Positions 18,317-28,991 of a stretch of 64,000 nucleotides of DNA are shown in pieces (within the stretch, counting starts at the first letter, position 1; every line of letters begins with the position of its first letter). The position numbers and the translations under genes were made by a program. The stretch is from the NCBI GenBank assembly GCA_963682135.1, contig OY821645.1, positions 1,568,001 to 1,632,000 of the forward strand. Reading direction: 5' to 3'. Source of the DNA: Methanothrix sp. (GTDB taxonomy: Archaea > Halobacteriota > Methanosarcinia > Methanotrichales > Methanotrichaceae). Below the pieces are notes generated by a model. The model had not been told where the DNA came from. It did not search any database and worked only from the letters and a program-made list of their open reading frames with translations.

Positions 18317-19047
18317 TCCTGTTCGATTCTGGGAGCCAGGAGGTAATTGATCTCCACATGCTGACCGAGCTTGAGGTGAATGCGCAGCGGGTAGTCTATG
18401 CCCATCTCCAATGTGACCTCGCCTGCTTTGCTTATGGATTTGGACATATCCTCCAAATAGTCCAGAGAGAAGAGGCTTCTGGCCTCGCCTGGCTTCATAC
18501 CCAGGAGTTCTGTGCTGGGAATCTTTAGCTTGAGCGAATCGATGTCTCCTTTGGCTTCCATGTAAAAGCCTTCATCTGAGACGCCCAGTATTACGTGATC
18601 GCTGACCTTTTCGGCAGCTTTTACCGCCCGGCGCAGCTCCACCCCGGGAAGTGTCACATGGGCCGGCAGATCCAGCTCGGGTATGCGCGGCTCTTTGCGG
18701 ATGGCGGTAGGATCGATCAGACTTAAGGTGTAAGAGAGAGAACCCACTCCAATCTTCAGCTTGTGGCTCTCTTCTTCCAGCTCCAGTTGAACATTCTCGC
18801 CCTTATCGGCCATGCTCAGAACATCACTGAGCCGAACCAAATCTATGCCGATTTCACATGCATCGGCTTTGAAGTATTCGAAGGCCTGATTGCCAATCTG
18901 AAGCGACACCATAGCCACGTTCGCAGGGTCCACAGCCTTCAGTTCCAGGCCATTTTCCGATATGGAGAACTTGACCTCATCCACCAGAGAAGAGACTGAA
19001 TCGATTGCATCTCGCAGAGCTTCTGCGTTGATTACTGCCTTGAACAT
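18313..19047 (-). CDS. pcn: PCNA sliding clamp
   Basis: AVDPANVAMV and YLLAPRIE motifs. Confidence 0.97.
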   Translation of the reverse strand: MFKAVINAEALRDAIDSVSSLVDEVKFSISENGLELKAVDPANVAMVSLQIGNQAFEYFKADACEIGIDLVRLSDVLSMADKGENVQLELEEESHKLKIGVGSLSYTLSLIDPTAIRKEPRIPELDLPAHVTLPGVELRRAVKAAEKVSDHVILGVSDEGFYMEAKGDIDSLKLKIPSTELLGMKPGEARSLFSLDYLEDMSKSISKAGEVTLEMGIDYPLRIHLKLGQHVEINYLLAPRIEQE

Positions 19048-19097
19048 TCCTTGAGCCTCATCCACCAGAACCGTTTTATATTTAATATAGTTGATGC

Positions 19098-19406
19098 CTA
19101 GTCATACTCTCGCCAGGTTCTGCTGCATTTGGTGCAACGGAAGAACCGGACCTCGCTCTCATCAGCAGAACGAAGCTGGCGAAGCCACCAGTATGCGATA
19201 TTATTACCGCATTCCGGACATCTGCAATTGGTAGTAGGCAGGCCCGACGACTCCTGCTCTAAGACTGGAACGACGCGATCCAGCTGCTTGGTCTTGCTGA
19301 GCATGGATTCGCCGGTGGTTTTCGGCATCTTGTGGCCGCACTTTCTGCAGACCATCATGCCATCCTTGGGCATCATCATGCTCTTACATTGGGGACAAAA
19401 TTCCAT
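19098..19406 (-). CDS. tfs: Transcription factor S
   Basis: Two zinc ribbons; QLRSADE motif. Confidence 0.95.
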   Translation of the reverse strand: MEFCPQCKSMMMPKDGMMVCRKCGHKMPKTTGESMLSKTKQLDRVVPVLEQESSGLPTTNCRCPECGNNIAYWWLRQLRSADESEVRFFRCTKCSRTWREYD

Positions 19407-19472
19407 CGGCATAAAGTAGACCACTCGTCATATTAAAGTTTCCCGACACCCTTGGGGAAAATGAGGCATGAA

Positions 19473-20138
19473 ATGAGCACAGCGTTTAATGTGATATGTT
19501 TGGATCGCCCGGGAATGCTGCGCGACATCGCGGGGGCGGTGGCCAAGAGGGGCGGCAACATAGTTTATACTCAACAGTTTGTTGTGGAAAGAGGCATGAA
19601 CCGGGGCAAGGCCTCGGTTTATATGGAGGTAGACTGCCCGGCAGAGGATGTCTTAGGGATAGTGGAGGAGTTGAAGGCTTTTGATTCCATCTCAGAGGTC
19701 TCCATTCACAAGCCTTTTGAGAAGATATACGGCTCCCGGGTGATCATCATAGGCGGAGGTGCTCAGGTAGCTCAGGTCGCAGTGGGAGCTGTGAGCGAGG
19801 CTGACCGGCATAATCTGCGAGGTGAGCGCATCAGCGTGGATACCATTCCCCTGGTGGGAGAGGATGCTATTGCCGATGCCGTGAGCGCTGTGCGCCGACT
19901 GCCGCGTGCTTCAATACTGGTATTGGCCGGGGCCCTTATGGGTGGACGTATTACCAAAGAGGTGAAAAGGCTACAGGAGGAAGGTATACCGGTTATCGCC
20001 CTGAAGATGGCCGGCTCGGTTCCCGATCAGGCGGATCTGGTAGTAACTGATCCCATTCAAGCCGGCACCTTCGCGGTAATGCACGTGGCCAGCACAGCTG
20101 TTTTCAATATAAGTCGAGTGCGAGGCAGGGAGTTTTAG
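19473..20138 (+). CDS. ACT-domain protein, methanogen-conserved (DUF5612-like)
   Basis: ACT N-terminus; RVIIIGGGAQVAQVA.GA..EADRHN.RGERISVDTIP. Confidence 0.85.
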   Translation: MSTAFNVICLDRPGMLRDIAGAVAKRGGNIVYTQQFVVERGMNRGKASVYMEVDCPAEDVLGIVEELKAFDSISEVSIHKPFEKIYGSRVIIIGGGAQVAQVAVGAVSEADRHNLRGERISVDTIPLVGEDAIADAVSAVRRLPRASILVLAGALMGGRITKEVKRLQEEGIPVIALKMAGSVPDQADLVVTDPIQAGTFAVMHVASTAVFNISRVRGREF

Positions 20139-20380
20139 CTTTTGAGTATCTCGGCCAGGTCAACAAGCTTCTCGCCGGAAAATAGCTCCTCTACGGTGTA
20201 GAACTTGTCATCTGCCTGAAACACGGGCGCGGAAAGTGTGAATACCCCGTTAATGCGCAGCTCCGTGAGGGCTTCGGGGGTGCTCATATTCAGGTTTTCA
20301 AAAGAGATGCCTGCCTTTCCCAGTGCCGCTTTGAGCTGTTCGCATTTGGGGCAGGACGGTGTGGAATATACTCTGTACAT
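20135..20380 (-). CDS. Glutaredoxin-like protein
   Basis: YSTPSCPKC and SAPV motifs. Confidence 0.85.
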   Translation of the reverse strand: MYRVYSTPSCPKCEQLKAALGKAGISFENLNMSTPEALTELRINGVFTLSAPVFQADDKFYTVEELFSGEKLVDLAEILKS

Positions 20381-20402
20381 CAATCGCAATACCTCTTGAT
20401 CT

Positions 20403-20741
20403 TTAGCGCAGTGCTCGCGGATAAGATTTCCGGGCATAGGTCGCGTATCCTTCCGTTACTGCTTTATCAGCACACTCCGAGCAGCAGGAGAAGTTGGCCA
20501 TGTACTCAATGCCGTCCATCTCATGCTCAAAGACATTATTGCAGGAGAATCCAGAGGTTCTCCTGAAATCAAAGCCCTTGCAGAATTCGTCCTGCTCCGC
20601 CTGGGGGGGACGCTCCACCACGACCCAGTCTCGGGGAAGAAGTACGGGCAGCGTGGCCAGGTTCATACCGCATCCACAGGGACCATAGACATCTTCTATA
20701 TCTTTATATATAATCGCCTTACATACCTGCTCGCTCATCAT
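20403..20741 (-). CDS. Cys-rich hypothetical protein
   Basis: CGC and CCSEC motifs; co-oriented with the glutaredoxin gene. Confidence 0.65.
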   Translation of the reverse strand: MMSEQVCKAIIYKDIEDVYGPCGCGMNLATLPVLLPRDWVVVERPPQAEQDEFCKGFDFRRTSGFSCNNVFEHEMDGIEYMANFSCCSECADKAVTEGYATYARKSYPRALR

Positions 20742-21013
20742 CTGCTCCTCTCTTGCTAATGGTAATAATGGCCCATTAAATAACATTTTCCATCCGCTTT
20801 TTGGATTTTTCCAATCTTCTGGCTTTATTTTTTAAATAAACCCATAATGTTGGTGCGATTTTTTAATAGGTTCTAATAATGGATAACTTTGCCCAACAAA
20901 AATTATATATGGAATTGCAGGATGATAGGATGCTTATTCTGGCTTGTAGCACTCGAAGGAATAAGTTTTTCCTCTTCTGGCTGCAAAATCCGGATTTATG
21001 AGGTGTATGAAGA

Positions 21014-21244
21014 ATGCCGATACTTCCTGTTGCCCCGGTGAGCAGACTCATCCGCGAGGCGGGGGCCAATAGAGTGAGCGAAGGCGCGAGGGATGCGCTG
21101 GCAGAGGTTTTGGAGAGCTATGGCTTAGAGGTAGCCCGTGAGGCGGTCGGCTGGGCAAACCATGCCAAAAGAAAGACAGTCAAGTCCGAGGATATCAGAG
21201 AAGCAGTCAAAAGAGTTAAACCTCCCCTGGTCTCAGAAAGGTAG
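21014..21244 (+). CDS. Archaeal histone
   Basis: LPVAPVSRLIR.AGA.RVS..A..HAKRKTVK.EDI. Confidence 0.95.
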   Translation: MPILPVAPVSRLIREAGANRVSEGARDALAEVLESYGLEVAREAVGWANHAKRKTVKSEDIREAVKRVKPPLVSER

Positions 21245-21248
21245 ATCA

Positions 21249-23132
21249 ATGGCATTAGATTACCGTGCTTTAGGACTGATATGCGGCATTGAGATTCACC
21301 AGCAGCTTGACACCGCTTGTAAGCTCTTCTGCGGTTGCCCCACCAAACATCGGGAGGTGGAGGAGTCCAATTTCGAGTTCTTCCGGTATCTGCGACCTTC
21401 GCGAAGCGAGCTTGGCGAGATAGACCGGGCCGCTCTGGAAGAGGTCCTGGTTACGAGGAGGTTTCATTACAAGTCCTATGACAGCACCTGTCTGGTAGAG
21501 GCCGATGAGGAACCGCCTCGCGAGATAAATGCAGAGGCACTTGAGATATCTCTGATCATTGCTCGGCTACTCAATATGAAAATCGTGGATGAGCTGCAGA
21601 CCATGCGCAAGATGGTGATAGACGGCTCCAATACCTCGGGTTTTCAGCGCACCGGCTATATCGGCTCGGACGGCTACATCGAGACCGCAGAAGGTGCTGT
21701 GGGCATAGGCATCCTCAGCCTGGAGGAGGAAGCGGCGCGCATCATTGAGGATCGTGGGGACAGTGTGGTCTACTCTTTGGACCGGCTGGGAATACCTCTG
21801 GTGGAGATCGGAACGGCTCCGGATATAGTCTCTCCCTCACACGCCCGGGAGGTAGCATCCTATCTGGGAATGATCCTGCGTTCTACCGGTCGCGTAAAGA
21901 GGGGCCTTGGCACCATCCGCCAGGACGTAAATGTCTCCATCAAAGGCGGAGCGCGCGTGGAGATCAAGGGCGTGCAGGCCCTTAACCTGGTCGATAAGGT
22001 GGTGGAGTTTGAGGCTTTGCGCCAGGTGCGACTCTTGGAAATCAGAGATGAACTGGTCCGGCGCGGGGCATCGGTTGATGATGCAGTCTGGGAAGTATCT
22101 GACATATTTGCGGCTACCGGCTCCAAGGTGCTGGCTCGATCCCTCAAGAGCGGTGGCGTGGTCTTGGCTTGTCGGCTGGCGGGATTTGCCGGACTGGTGG
22201 GTCGGGAGATTCAGCCCGATCGCCGTTTGGGCTCCGAGATGTCGGACCGAGCCAAGAGAGCGGGCGTAGGCGGGATCTTCCATACTGATGAGCTTCCTGC
22301 TTATGGTGTGACTGCAGAGGAGGTCGAGGCTGTGCGCGCCCTGCTGGCAACAGCCGAGAGCGATGCAGTGATCATGGTCACCGGGCCGCGGGAAAGAGCC
22401 GAAAAAGCCCTGCAAGCCGTGCTGGTTCGAGCTCATGAAGCGCTGGCCTTCGTGCCCGAGGAGACGCGCCGGGCTCTGCCCAACGGCTGCTCGGAGTACA
22501 TGCGGCCACTGCCCGGCTCGGCCCGCATGTATCCGGAGACAGATGTGCCTGCGGTGGTGATCACGCCGGAGATGCTGGATAGTCTGCAGATGCCTGAGCT
22601 ATTCGCAGACAGATCGAAACGCTATCAAAAGGATTACCATCTGTCCGCAGAGCAGGCTTTTGTCATGGCCGCTTCTCCCAACTATCCGCTCTTTGAGGAG
22701 ATTATGAAGACGGATCTTTCCGCATCCATCGTCGTCAGGACTTTGGAGACCATTCCCATTGAGCTAGCCAGAGAGGGGGCACTCGTCTCCAATCTGACTG
22801 AGCAGCATTTCAAGGACTGCTTTGCTCTTGTGAGCCAAGGTCGCCTGGCCAAGGAGGGCCTGACGGATCTGCTGCGCGCTCTGGCCGCGCATCCGGAAAT
22901 GTCGGCTGATGAGGCAGCGGCGGCGGCGGGCCTGGCGGGGGTGGATGAGGCTGAAGTGGAGAAGGCCATACGGGCGATTGTGGCCAGCAAGGCGGATCTG
23001 GTGCGTTCCAAAGGCGAGAGGGCCGCAGCACCGCTGATGGGACTGGTTATGAAGGAATTGAGGGGCAAAGCCGATGGCAGCATTGTGAGCGCCATATTGA
23101 AGAAGGAAATACAAAATATACTCAGTCAGTGA
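21249..23132 (+). CDS. gatE: Glu-tRNA(Gln) amidotransferase subunit E
   Basis: GIEIHQQL, MRKMVIDGSNTSGFQRT and RGLGTIRQDVN motifs. Confidence 0.97.
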   Translation: MALDYRALGLICGIEIHQQLDTACKLFCGCPTKHREVEESNFEFFRYLRPSRSELGEIDRAALEEVLVTRRFHYKSYDSTCLVEADEEPPREINAEALEISLIIARLLNMKIVDELQTMRKMVIDGSNTSGFQRTGYIGSDGYIETAEGAVGIGILSLEEEAARIIEDRGDSVVYSLDRLGIPLVEIGTAPDIVSPSHAREVASYLGMILRSTGRVKRGLGTIRQDVNVSIKGGARVEIKGVQALNLVDKVVEFEALRQVRLLEIRDELVRRGASVDDAVWEVSDIFAATGSKVLARSLKSGGVVLACRLAGFAGLVGREIQPDRRLGSEMSDRAKRAGVGGIFHTDELPAYGVTAEEVEAVRALLATAESDAVIMVTGPRERAEKALQAVLVRAHEALAFVPEETRRALPNGCSEYMRPLPGSARMYPETDVPAVVITPEMLDSLQMPELFADRSKRYQKDYHLSAEQAFVMAASPNYPLFEEIMKTDLSASIVVRTLETIPIELAREGALVSNLTEQHFKDCFALVSQGRLAKEGLTDLLRALAAHPEMSADEAAAAAGLAGVDEAEVEKAIRAIVASKADLVRSKGERAAAPLMGLVMKELRGKADGSIVSAILKKEIQNILSQ

Positions 23133-24250
23133 GCCCCGAAAAACCCGATATGCTCCTCTGGGAGGAGACACTCTTCAAAGACAGGGATCTGTTCGAGTTA
23201 GATCATCTGCCCGAGCACTTCTTGCACCGGGAAGATCAGATGAACAGCCTCAAATTCTGCATCCGCCCGGCTTTGCAGGGTGGCCGTCCCGTCAATGCCC
23301 TTTGCCTGGGTCCACCGGGCACGGGCAAGACAACGGCTCTTTTCAAGCTCTTTGAGGAGATCGAGGAGCATTCTACAAAGATCATTCCGGTTCATGTAAA
23401 CTGCCAGATGGACTCCACCCGGTATTCTGTATTCTATCAGATTTATAAAAAGGTCTTCGATCATGCTCCACCCTCCAGCGGCATATCCTTCAAACGCATC
23501 TTCGAGAAGGTAGCTATGGCCGCAGCTGACCAGGATAAGGTGCTGGTGGTGGCTTTAGACGACATAAATTATCTGTTTCACGAAAAAGAGGTGGATCACG
23601 TCTTATACTCCCTCTTACGGGCTCATGAAACCTGCCCCGGTGCCAGAATGGGTGTGATAGGCGTTATGAGCGAGCTTGCCTTGAACTATGTTCTCGACCC
23701 ACGCGTGGTCTCCGTCTTCCAGCCGGAAGAAATCATATTCCCTCTCTATACCCGATCAGAGACACGCGACATATTGGGCCGCCGGGCGCAGATGGGCTTT
23801 TATCCCGGAGTGATGGCTGATGATGTTCTGGAGGCGGTTGTGGATTGCACAGAGAGGTCGGGAGACTTGCGGGTGGGAATTGACCTTCTCAAGAGGTCCG
23901 GCCTGTCCGCGGAAAAGCGTGCCTCCAAAAGCGTCTCTCTGGTAGATGTGGCAGGCTCCTGCGATCGCTCCCGCCTGGTTCATCTCAGCTATGCCTTGAA
24001 AACCCTCAAAGACGATGAACTGGTTGTGCTGCGACTGGCAGCGGAGCAAAAAAGCTGGCGCGCAGGCGAACTGTTTGTTCGCTTTCATGAGCAGACTGAT
24101 GCGGGATACACTCGTTTTCATGAGATTCTCAATAAGCTTGATTCCATCCGACTGATAAACGCCGATTTTACCGGGACAGGGGAGCGGGGCCGAAGTCGCG
24201 TTATCAGCGTGCGCTATGATCCCGGAGAGATCTTAAGCCGGCTGAAATAG
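23129..24250 (+). CDS. cdc6: Orc1/Cdc6 replication initiator
   Basis: P..F.HRE, GPPGTGKT, VALDDI and GDLRVGIDLL motifs; C-terminal wH domain. Confidence 0.93.
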   Translation: MSPEKPDMLLWEETLFKDRDLFELDHLPEHFLHREDQMNSLKFCIRPALQGGRPVNALCLGPPGTGKTTALFKLFEEIEEHSTKIIPVHVNCQMDSTRYSVFYQIYKKVFDHAPPSSGISFKRIFEKVAMAAADQDKVLVVALDDINYLFHEKEVDHVLYSLLRAHETCPGARMGVIGVMSELALNYVLDPRVVSVFQPEEIIFPLYTRSETRDILGRRAQMGFYPGVMADDVLEAVVDCTERSGDLRVGIDLLKRSGLSAEKRASKSVSLVDVAGSCDRSRLVHLSYALKTLKDDELVVLRLAAEQKSWRAGELFVRFHEQTDAGYTRFHEILNKLDSIRLINADFTGTGERGRSRVISVRYDPGEILSRLK

Positions 24251-24408
24251 TGATGTTTTTCCCCCTTATCATTTTCCTCTTATCATTATTGCAAAAGCTA
24301 TCTATATTTATCACAACAATTAATAGGTGCTCTATATAGATCCTATACGCAAGGGCTTTAACCCGTTAATGTGTCTTACCAAAGCGTATGGATCGGCCGA
24401 GAATAAAG

Positions 24409-25296
24409 ATGCCTCGCAAATATGGAGAGTTGTTCGTAGAGGCTCTGCTATTCGTGTCCGCCATTGCCTCTATCCTCATTATGCTTCTTATCTTCTATTT
24501 CCTCATCCATGAAAGCCTCCCTGCTTTTTTAAGTCTTGGCATATTCTCCCTGCTATCCGGCTCAAAATGGCATCCATCAGGCGATATTTATGGATTACTG
24601 CCCATTATCGCCGCCTCAATGATTATTACTCTTCTGGCCCTCTTTATAAATATCCTGATCGGTTTTCCTCTGGCCATTTACCTGGCAGAGCTGGCCGGGC
24701 CCAGGAGCAAGGCTGTGTTGAAACCATCCATTGAACTCCTGGCAGGCGTCCCATCCATAGTCTATGGTTTCTTAGGGGTGATAATTCTCGTAACCTACTT
24801 GCAGGACAGCTTTGATATGCTCACCGGCCGGTCGATCCTTGCCGGATCGATGCTTCTTGGGGTCATGTTCATTCCCCGCCTTACTACCATCTGCGAGGAT
24901 TCTCTGCGGGCTGTGCCCTCAGAATTCAAGGAGGGCTCACTTGCGCTTGGGGCTAATCGTTGGCAGACTCTGAGAAATGTAACTATACCGGCTGCGTCAT
25001 CAGGAATTACTGCGGCCATTCTCCTCAATATAGGAAGCATAATCGGTGAGACTATGGCTGTGCTCTTGGTGGTGGGAAACGTTGCCAGACTGGCCTCTCC
25101 TCCCTACGATATATTTGATCAGGGTGCATCCTTCACCTCGATCATAGCTGGTGAGATGGGAGAGGTGGCCAGAGGTTCAATGCATTACCATGTCCTTTTT
25201 GCAGTTGGATTCGTTCTTCTCATAGTAGTTACCCTTTTCAGTCTGGTGGCAGATTATGCCCGGATTCGTATCAGACGAAAATTCGGGGGATACTAA
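24409..25296 (+). CDS. pstC: Phosphate ABC transporter permease PstC
   Basis: ELLAGVPSIVYG, EGSLALGANRWQT and GETMAV motifs. Confidence 0.93.
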   Translation: MPRKYGELFVEALLFVSAIASILIMLLIFYFLIHESLPAFLSLGIFSLLSGSKWHPSGDIYGLLPIIAASMIITLLALFINILIGFPLAIYLAELAGPRSKAVLKPSIELLAGVPSIVYGFLGVIILVTYLQDSFDMLTGRSILAGSMLLGVMFIPRLTTICEDSLRAVPSEFKEGSLALGANRWQTLRNVTIPAASSGITAAILLNIGSIIGETMAVLLVVGNVARLASPPYDIFDQGASFTSIIAGEMGEVARGSMHYHVLFAVGFVLLIVVTLFSLVADYARIRIRRKFGGY

Positions 25297-26544
25297 ATGA
25301 GGGCCAAGCCTGTTTTGTGGGCGTCTCTTGCCATATCGGTGTTCTTGTTCGTCACATCTCTCGCATGCCTCATTCTTCAACCCAATCTGGAAAAGCTGGC
25401 GCCTGTGTGGCAGGCCAGCCTTTTCATAAGCCTGCTGCTGATTATCGCATCATATTTGGTCTCCAAAGCAGCCTCTCTTAAGACGGCTCCTTTCCTGGCC
25501 CTGGATATTATCATCTGTTCCGCCATCCTCTTTCTGATGTATTCCGGGACCATTCATGCCGGATTTGTCATCCGCCGGCCCCTTGGGGTGGGCGCATCCT
25601 TCGATTATGCTTTTATTCTTCCTCTTCTCATCTTTTTTGCCAGCTTGCTGTGCATAAAGGATGCTCTTAATATCATCTACGATTACAGCGCTCGGGGTCG
25701 AGAGGTCCTGGTATTTCTGGCCGTCAAGCTCTCCGCAGTACTATCGCTTCTCTTGCTGGGCGGAATACTCTTCATAATAATTTATAAAGGAATGGGGGTC
25801 ATCAGCTGGGATTTTCTGACCACACCCCACAGGCGCCTGGGCCAAGCGGGCGGGATCAGCACTGCCATATTGGGCTCTTTATGGATGGTTTTAGGTGCTA
25901 TGGTCATATCTTCTCCCCTGGGCATCGGGGCTGCCATCTATCTTCATGAATACTCCAAGAGCCAGAGGCTTAATCGTCTCATCACCATAGCCGTGAGCTG
26001 TCTAAATGGTGTTCCTTCTGTGGTCTTCGGACTCTTCGGCCTGGCTTTTTTGGTGACATACTTAGGTGTGTCTCTATTATCCGGCTCCATAATCCTGGGT
26101 CTCATAAATATCCCTACCATAATCCTGACCTGTCAGGAGGCCCTAAAGAGCGTCCCCAACTCCCTGCGGGAGGGGAGCATGGCTTTGGGAGCTACCAAGT
26201 GGCAGACGATAAGAAAGGTGGTCTTGCCCTCGGCCATGCCCGGCATACTCACGGGCGTGATCATTGGGGTGGCCAAGGCCTCAGGAGAGACGGCGCCTAT
26301 CATGTGGACGGCAGTGACCTTTACCGCTACGCCCGTGCAGATGATTTACGGAGTTATCCCCAATGTATTTCAGCCCGTCAATAATCTGGATTACCATCTC
26401 TTGAATCTGATCTACTTCCTGGGGGCATGGGATGTGGAGGCCAGGGCTTGGGGTACGGCTCTGGTGCTCATTGCCTTGGTGCTGGGCACCAATATGCTGG
26501 CCATTGTAGTAAGAAATCACTATCGAAAGAAGATATCCTGGTAG
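25297..26544 (+). CDS. pstA: Phosphate ABC transporter permease PstA (extended N-terminus)
   Basis: GAAIYL.EY, GVPSVVFGLFG and GETAP motifs. Confidence 0.92.
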   Translation: MRAKPVLWASLAISVFLFVTSLACLILQPNLEKLAPVWQASLFISLLLIIASYLVSKAASLKTAPFLALDIIICSAILFLMYSGTIHAGFVIRRPLGVGASFDYAFILPLLIFFASLLCIKDALNIIYDYSARGREVLVFLAVKLSAVLSLLLLGGILFIIIYKGMGVISWDFLTTPHRRLGQAGGISTAILGSLWMVLGAMVISSPLGIGAAIYLHEYSKSQRLNRLITIAVSCLNGVPSVVFGLFGLAFLVTYLGVSLLSGSIILGLINIPTIILTCQEALKSVPNSLREGSMALGATKWQTIRKVVLPSAMPGILTGVIIGVAKASGETAPIMWTAVTFTATPVQMIYGVIPNVFQPVNNLDYHLLNLIYFLGAWDVEARAWGTALVLIALVLGTNMLAIVVRNHYRKKISW

Positions 26545-26596
26545 GCCTTCCAGAAATTTAGGTTGGTTTGCTGGGTGCTATTATGTAAATAAAATC

Positions 26597-27085
26597 TCAA
26601 AGGCAGGGTGCAAACCCTTGTTCCTTCCTTGTGATAAAGTCCTCCATTATCTGGTTAAGCATATTATGAATTCTGGGCACTTCATCTCTTTTGAGGTCGC
26701 ATGGCATTAGCGGCAGGGCAAGCATCATAGTTATGTCCAGCTGCATTGAGTTGATTGGACCACAATTATGCAGCATCATTTGAGCTTTTTCCGAAACCGC
26801 TGCGATGCAGCTGTGCATTGTCCTCATCTCCTCTTCACCTTGCCCAGACTTCCTGTTGCCGTTCATCTCCCAGCCGCTCAAGACTGAGGTGATCAAGTTG
26901 GACTTTAAATCCTCTGCGATATTTACCATTTTCAATAGATCCAGAGTCAATCCCAGTTTGAGGGATCTGAGTTCTCCCATTCTGGCTGCCAGTCCTTCTC
27001 GCTCCAAAATCGCCTCGTAATAACTCAGAAGGCCAAGCACGCTCTCGCTTTTTCGAGAATCCTCGCATCCGATCGCTTCAAACAT
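26597..27085 (-). CDS. Hypothetical protein
   Basis: 162-aa ORF with a GGTGA-type RBS; no recognised motif. Confidence 0.65.
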   Translation of the reverse strand: MFEAIGCEDSRKSESVLGLLSYYEAILEREGLAARMGELRSLKLGLTLDLLKMVNIAEDLKSNLITSVLSGWEMNGNRKSGQGEEEMRTMHSCIAAVSEKAQMMLHNCGPINSMQLDITMMLALPLMPCDLKRDEVPRIHNMLNQIMEDFITRKEQGFAPCL

Positions 27086-27412
27086 CCTTTTTCACCAATT
27101 CCAATTTCCCAAGGTAACCAATTTCTCCTAATTCAAATCCGTCCAATATATTCCTTCGCTCATTAAAACACATATCTCTATTTTGTGAATATATTCTATA
27201 TACTTATTTGTCATAACCAATAATTTATGATAGAAGGAGATATCGCCAAATTTTTTTTAGTTATTTGGATTATGTTCTTCGAATAGGATGACCAAATTGG
27301 GATGAATATTGTATATAGTCTATAGATTTTACTACCACATAACATATGATTGAGCAGAACTATATTTTATTTGGCTTAACCTTACATATCAGTCCTGACC
27401 TCCCACTCGCTG

Positions 27413-28246
27413 GTGAATTCGTTGAGAAAGCTACTATGTGTTCTAGTAATCGCCTTGATCGTGGGCGCTGTCGGCACCTCTATGGTCATGGCCAAGGAGA
27501 CAGTTCGTGTCTCAGGATCGACAACCGTGTTGCCTCTGGCAGAAGGCGGAGCAGAGGCCTTCAATGACGACCAGTCCGATTTCCAGGTGCTGATAACCGG
27601 AGGCGGCACCGGTGTTGGCATGAAGAACATTGCCGAGGGCAATTCCGATATAGCAATGGCTTCACGCGAGGCTACTGAGGATGAGAAGAGCAATTTCGGG
27701 GACAAATTCCAGGAGAATCTGGTGGGCTACGACGGCATAGTCATTGGCGTTAGCAAGCAGATCTATGATGCCGGCGTGACTGCTCTGAGCAAGGATCAGG
27801 TCAAGAAGATCTACTCGGGAGAGACCACCAATTGGAAAGAAGTAGGTGGCCCGGATTCAGAGATATTGGTCGTCGCCAGAGAGCAGGGCTCAGGTACCAG
27901 AGATACCTTCAATGAGGATATCATGAAGGGCAAGAACGCTGAAACACCTGGAGTAAACACGGTAGCCGGCAGCAATGCCGAGGTCAGGACAGCCATTACC
28001 GGCAGCAATAAGGCCATAGGATACCTGGGATTTTCCTATGCAGAAGATGGGGCAGTCGGTGCTATAACTCTGGACGGCGTCAAGCCTACTGCAGAGACCA
28101 TAAAGGACGGTAGCTACGAGCTTGCTCGCAAATTGTACTTCTACACCTTTGGCGATGCCCTGCCTGGGGCCCAGGCCTTTATAGATTTCATGGTGGGGCC
28201 AGAGGGTCAGAAGGTTTCTGAGGAGTACGGCTTCGTACCACTGTAA
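27413..28246 (+). CDS. pstS: Phosphate-binding protein PstS
   Basis: SGSTTVLP, GGGTG.G, DIAMASR and RE.GSGTR motifs. Confidence 0.95.
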   Translation: MNSLRKLLCVLVIALIVGAVGTSMVMAKETVRVSGSTTVLPLAEGGAEAFNDDQSDFQVLITGGGTGVGMKNIAEGNSDIAMASREATEDEKSNFGDKFQENLVGYDGIVIGVSKQIYDAGVTALSKDQVKKIYSGETTNWKEVGGPDSEILVVAREQGSGTRDTFNEDIMKGKNAETPGVNTVAGSNAEVRTAITGSNKAIGYLGFSYAEDGAVGAITLDGVKPTAETIKDGSYELARKLYFYTFGDALPGAQAFIDFMVGPEGQKVSEEYGFVPL

Positions 28247-28297
28247 TAAATCAAGAATTTTATCTCATTTTTTTGCGGTCATCATTCATTGCCTTCA

Positions 28298-28987
28298 TCA
28301 GCCATCGTACTGATACTCATCCAATCCGTCTGTTGTTATGGTCATCAGGAAGTAGGCCAGACAATCCTTCTGGAAGCTGCTCTCTTCCTCGGGTAAACTG
28401 ACTCCCGTGATACTGCAGATCTGCTCAGCTTCCTCTATTTCACCCATCATGCGGCGCAGCCACATAAAGAGCATTATCTGCAGGGATTGCAACTTCTCCG
28501 CATCCCTGCTGAGGCTCTCTATGTCCTTTTGCACCTGTGAGTCAATTCTCTTTTCCTGTAGCATCTTAACAAAATGGGCAGTTCCCCTGCAATCAGAGTA
28601 GAAGCTTATTATTTCCTCAGCCTCTGTATCTGCGTTTAGCATGGGAAATGTCCGGCAAATACGGGGCCGATGGCTGTAGATTTTGCACTTTTTTGCCTGC
28701 GGATCAAGAAGGCAGCAGCTTCTTTCCGGCCCTATGCTCTTTAGGATCCGACATCCGGGATTTTTTCCCGGGTCCGGGTCCGTAAACCTGGCCCTAGCCT
28801 GAGATGGATTGATGCCAAGCGTTCTGGCGATCTCTGCTACATCCGCCTCATCAACCAGCGCGTAGCCTTCCCCCCGGCAGCATTCTCCGCAATTATCGCA
28901 GCAGAAGAGAACCTGGGCGGCAATCTGGGGGAAGAGGGTTTGCGGAATTTCGCTGGAAAACCATTGCATAAATGATTCTTTCTCCAT
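28298..28987 (-). CDS. YkgJ-family (CxxCxxCC) protein
   Basis: CDNCGECC..CKIY..RP.ICRTFP. Confidence 0.88.
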   Translation of the reverse strand: MEKESFMQWFSSEIPQTLFPQIAAQVLFCCDNCGECCRGEGYALVDEADVAEIARTLGINPSQARARFTDPDPGKNPGCRILKSIGPERSCCLLDPQAKKCKIYSHRPRICRTFPMLNADTEAEEIISFYSDCRGTAHFVKMLQEKRIDSQVQKDIESLSRDAEKLQSLQIMLFMWLRRMMGEIEEAEQICSITGVSLPEEESSFQKDCLAYFLMTITTDGLDEYQYDG

Positions 28988-28991
28988 TCAA

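Noticed and set aside
23129-24400. Replication origin next to cdc6
   Set aside because: cdc6 overlaps gatE upstream, and no recognisable ORB repeats with G-strings lie in the neighbouring spacers.
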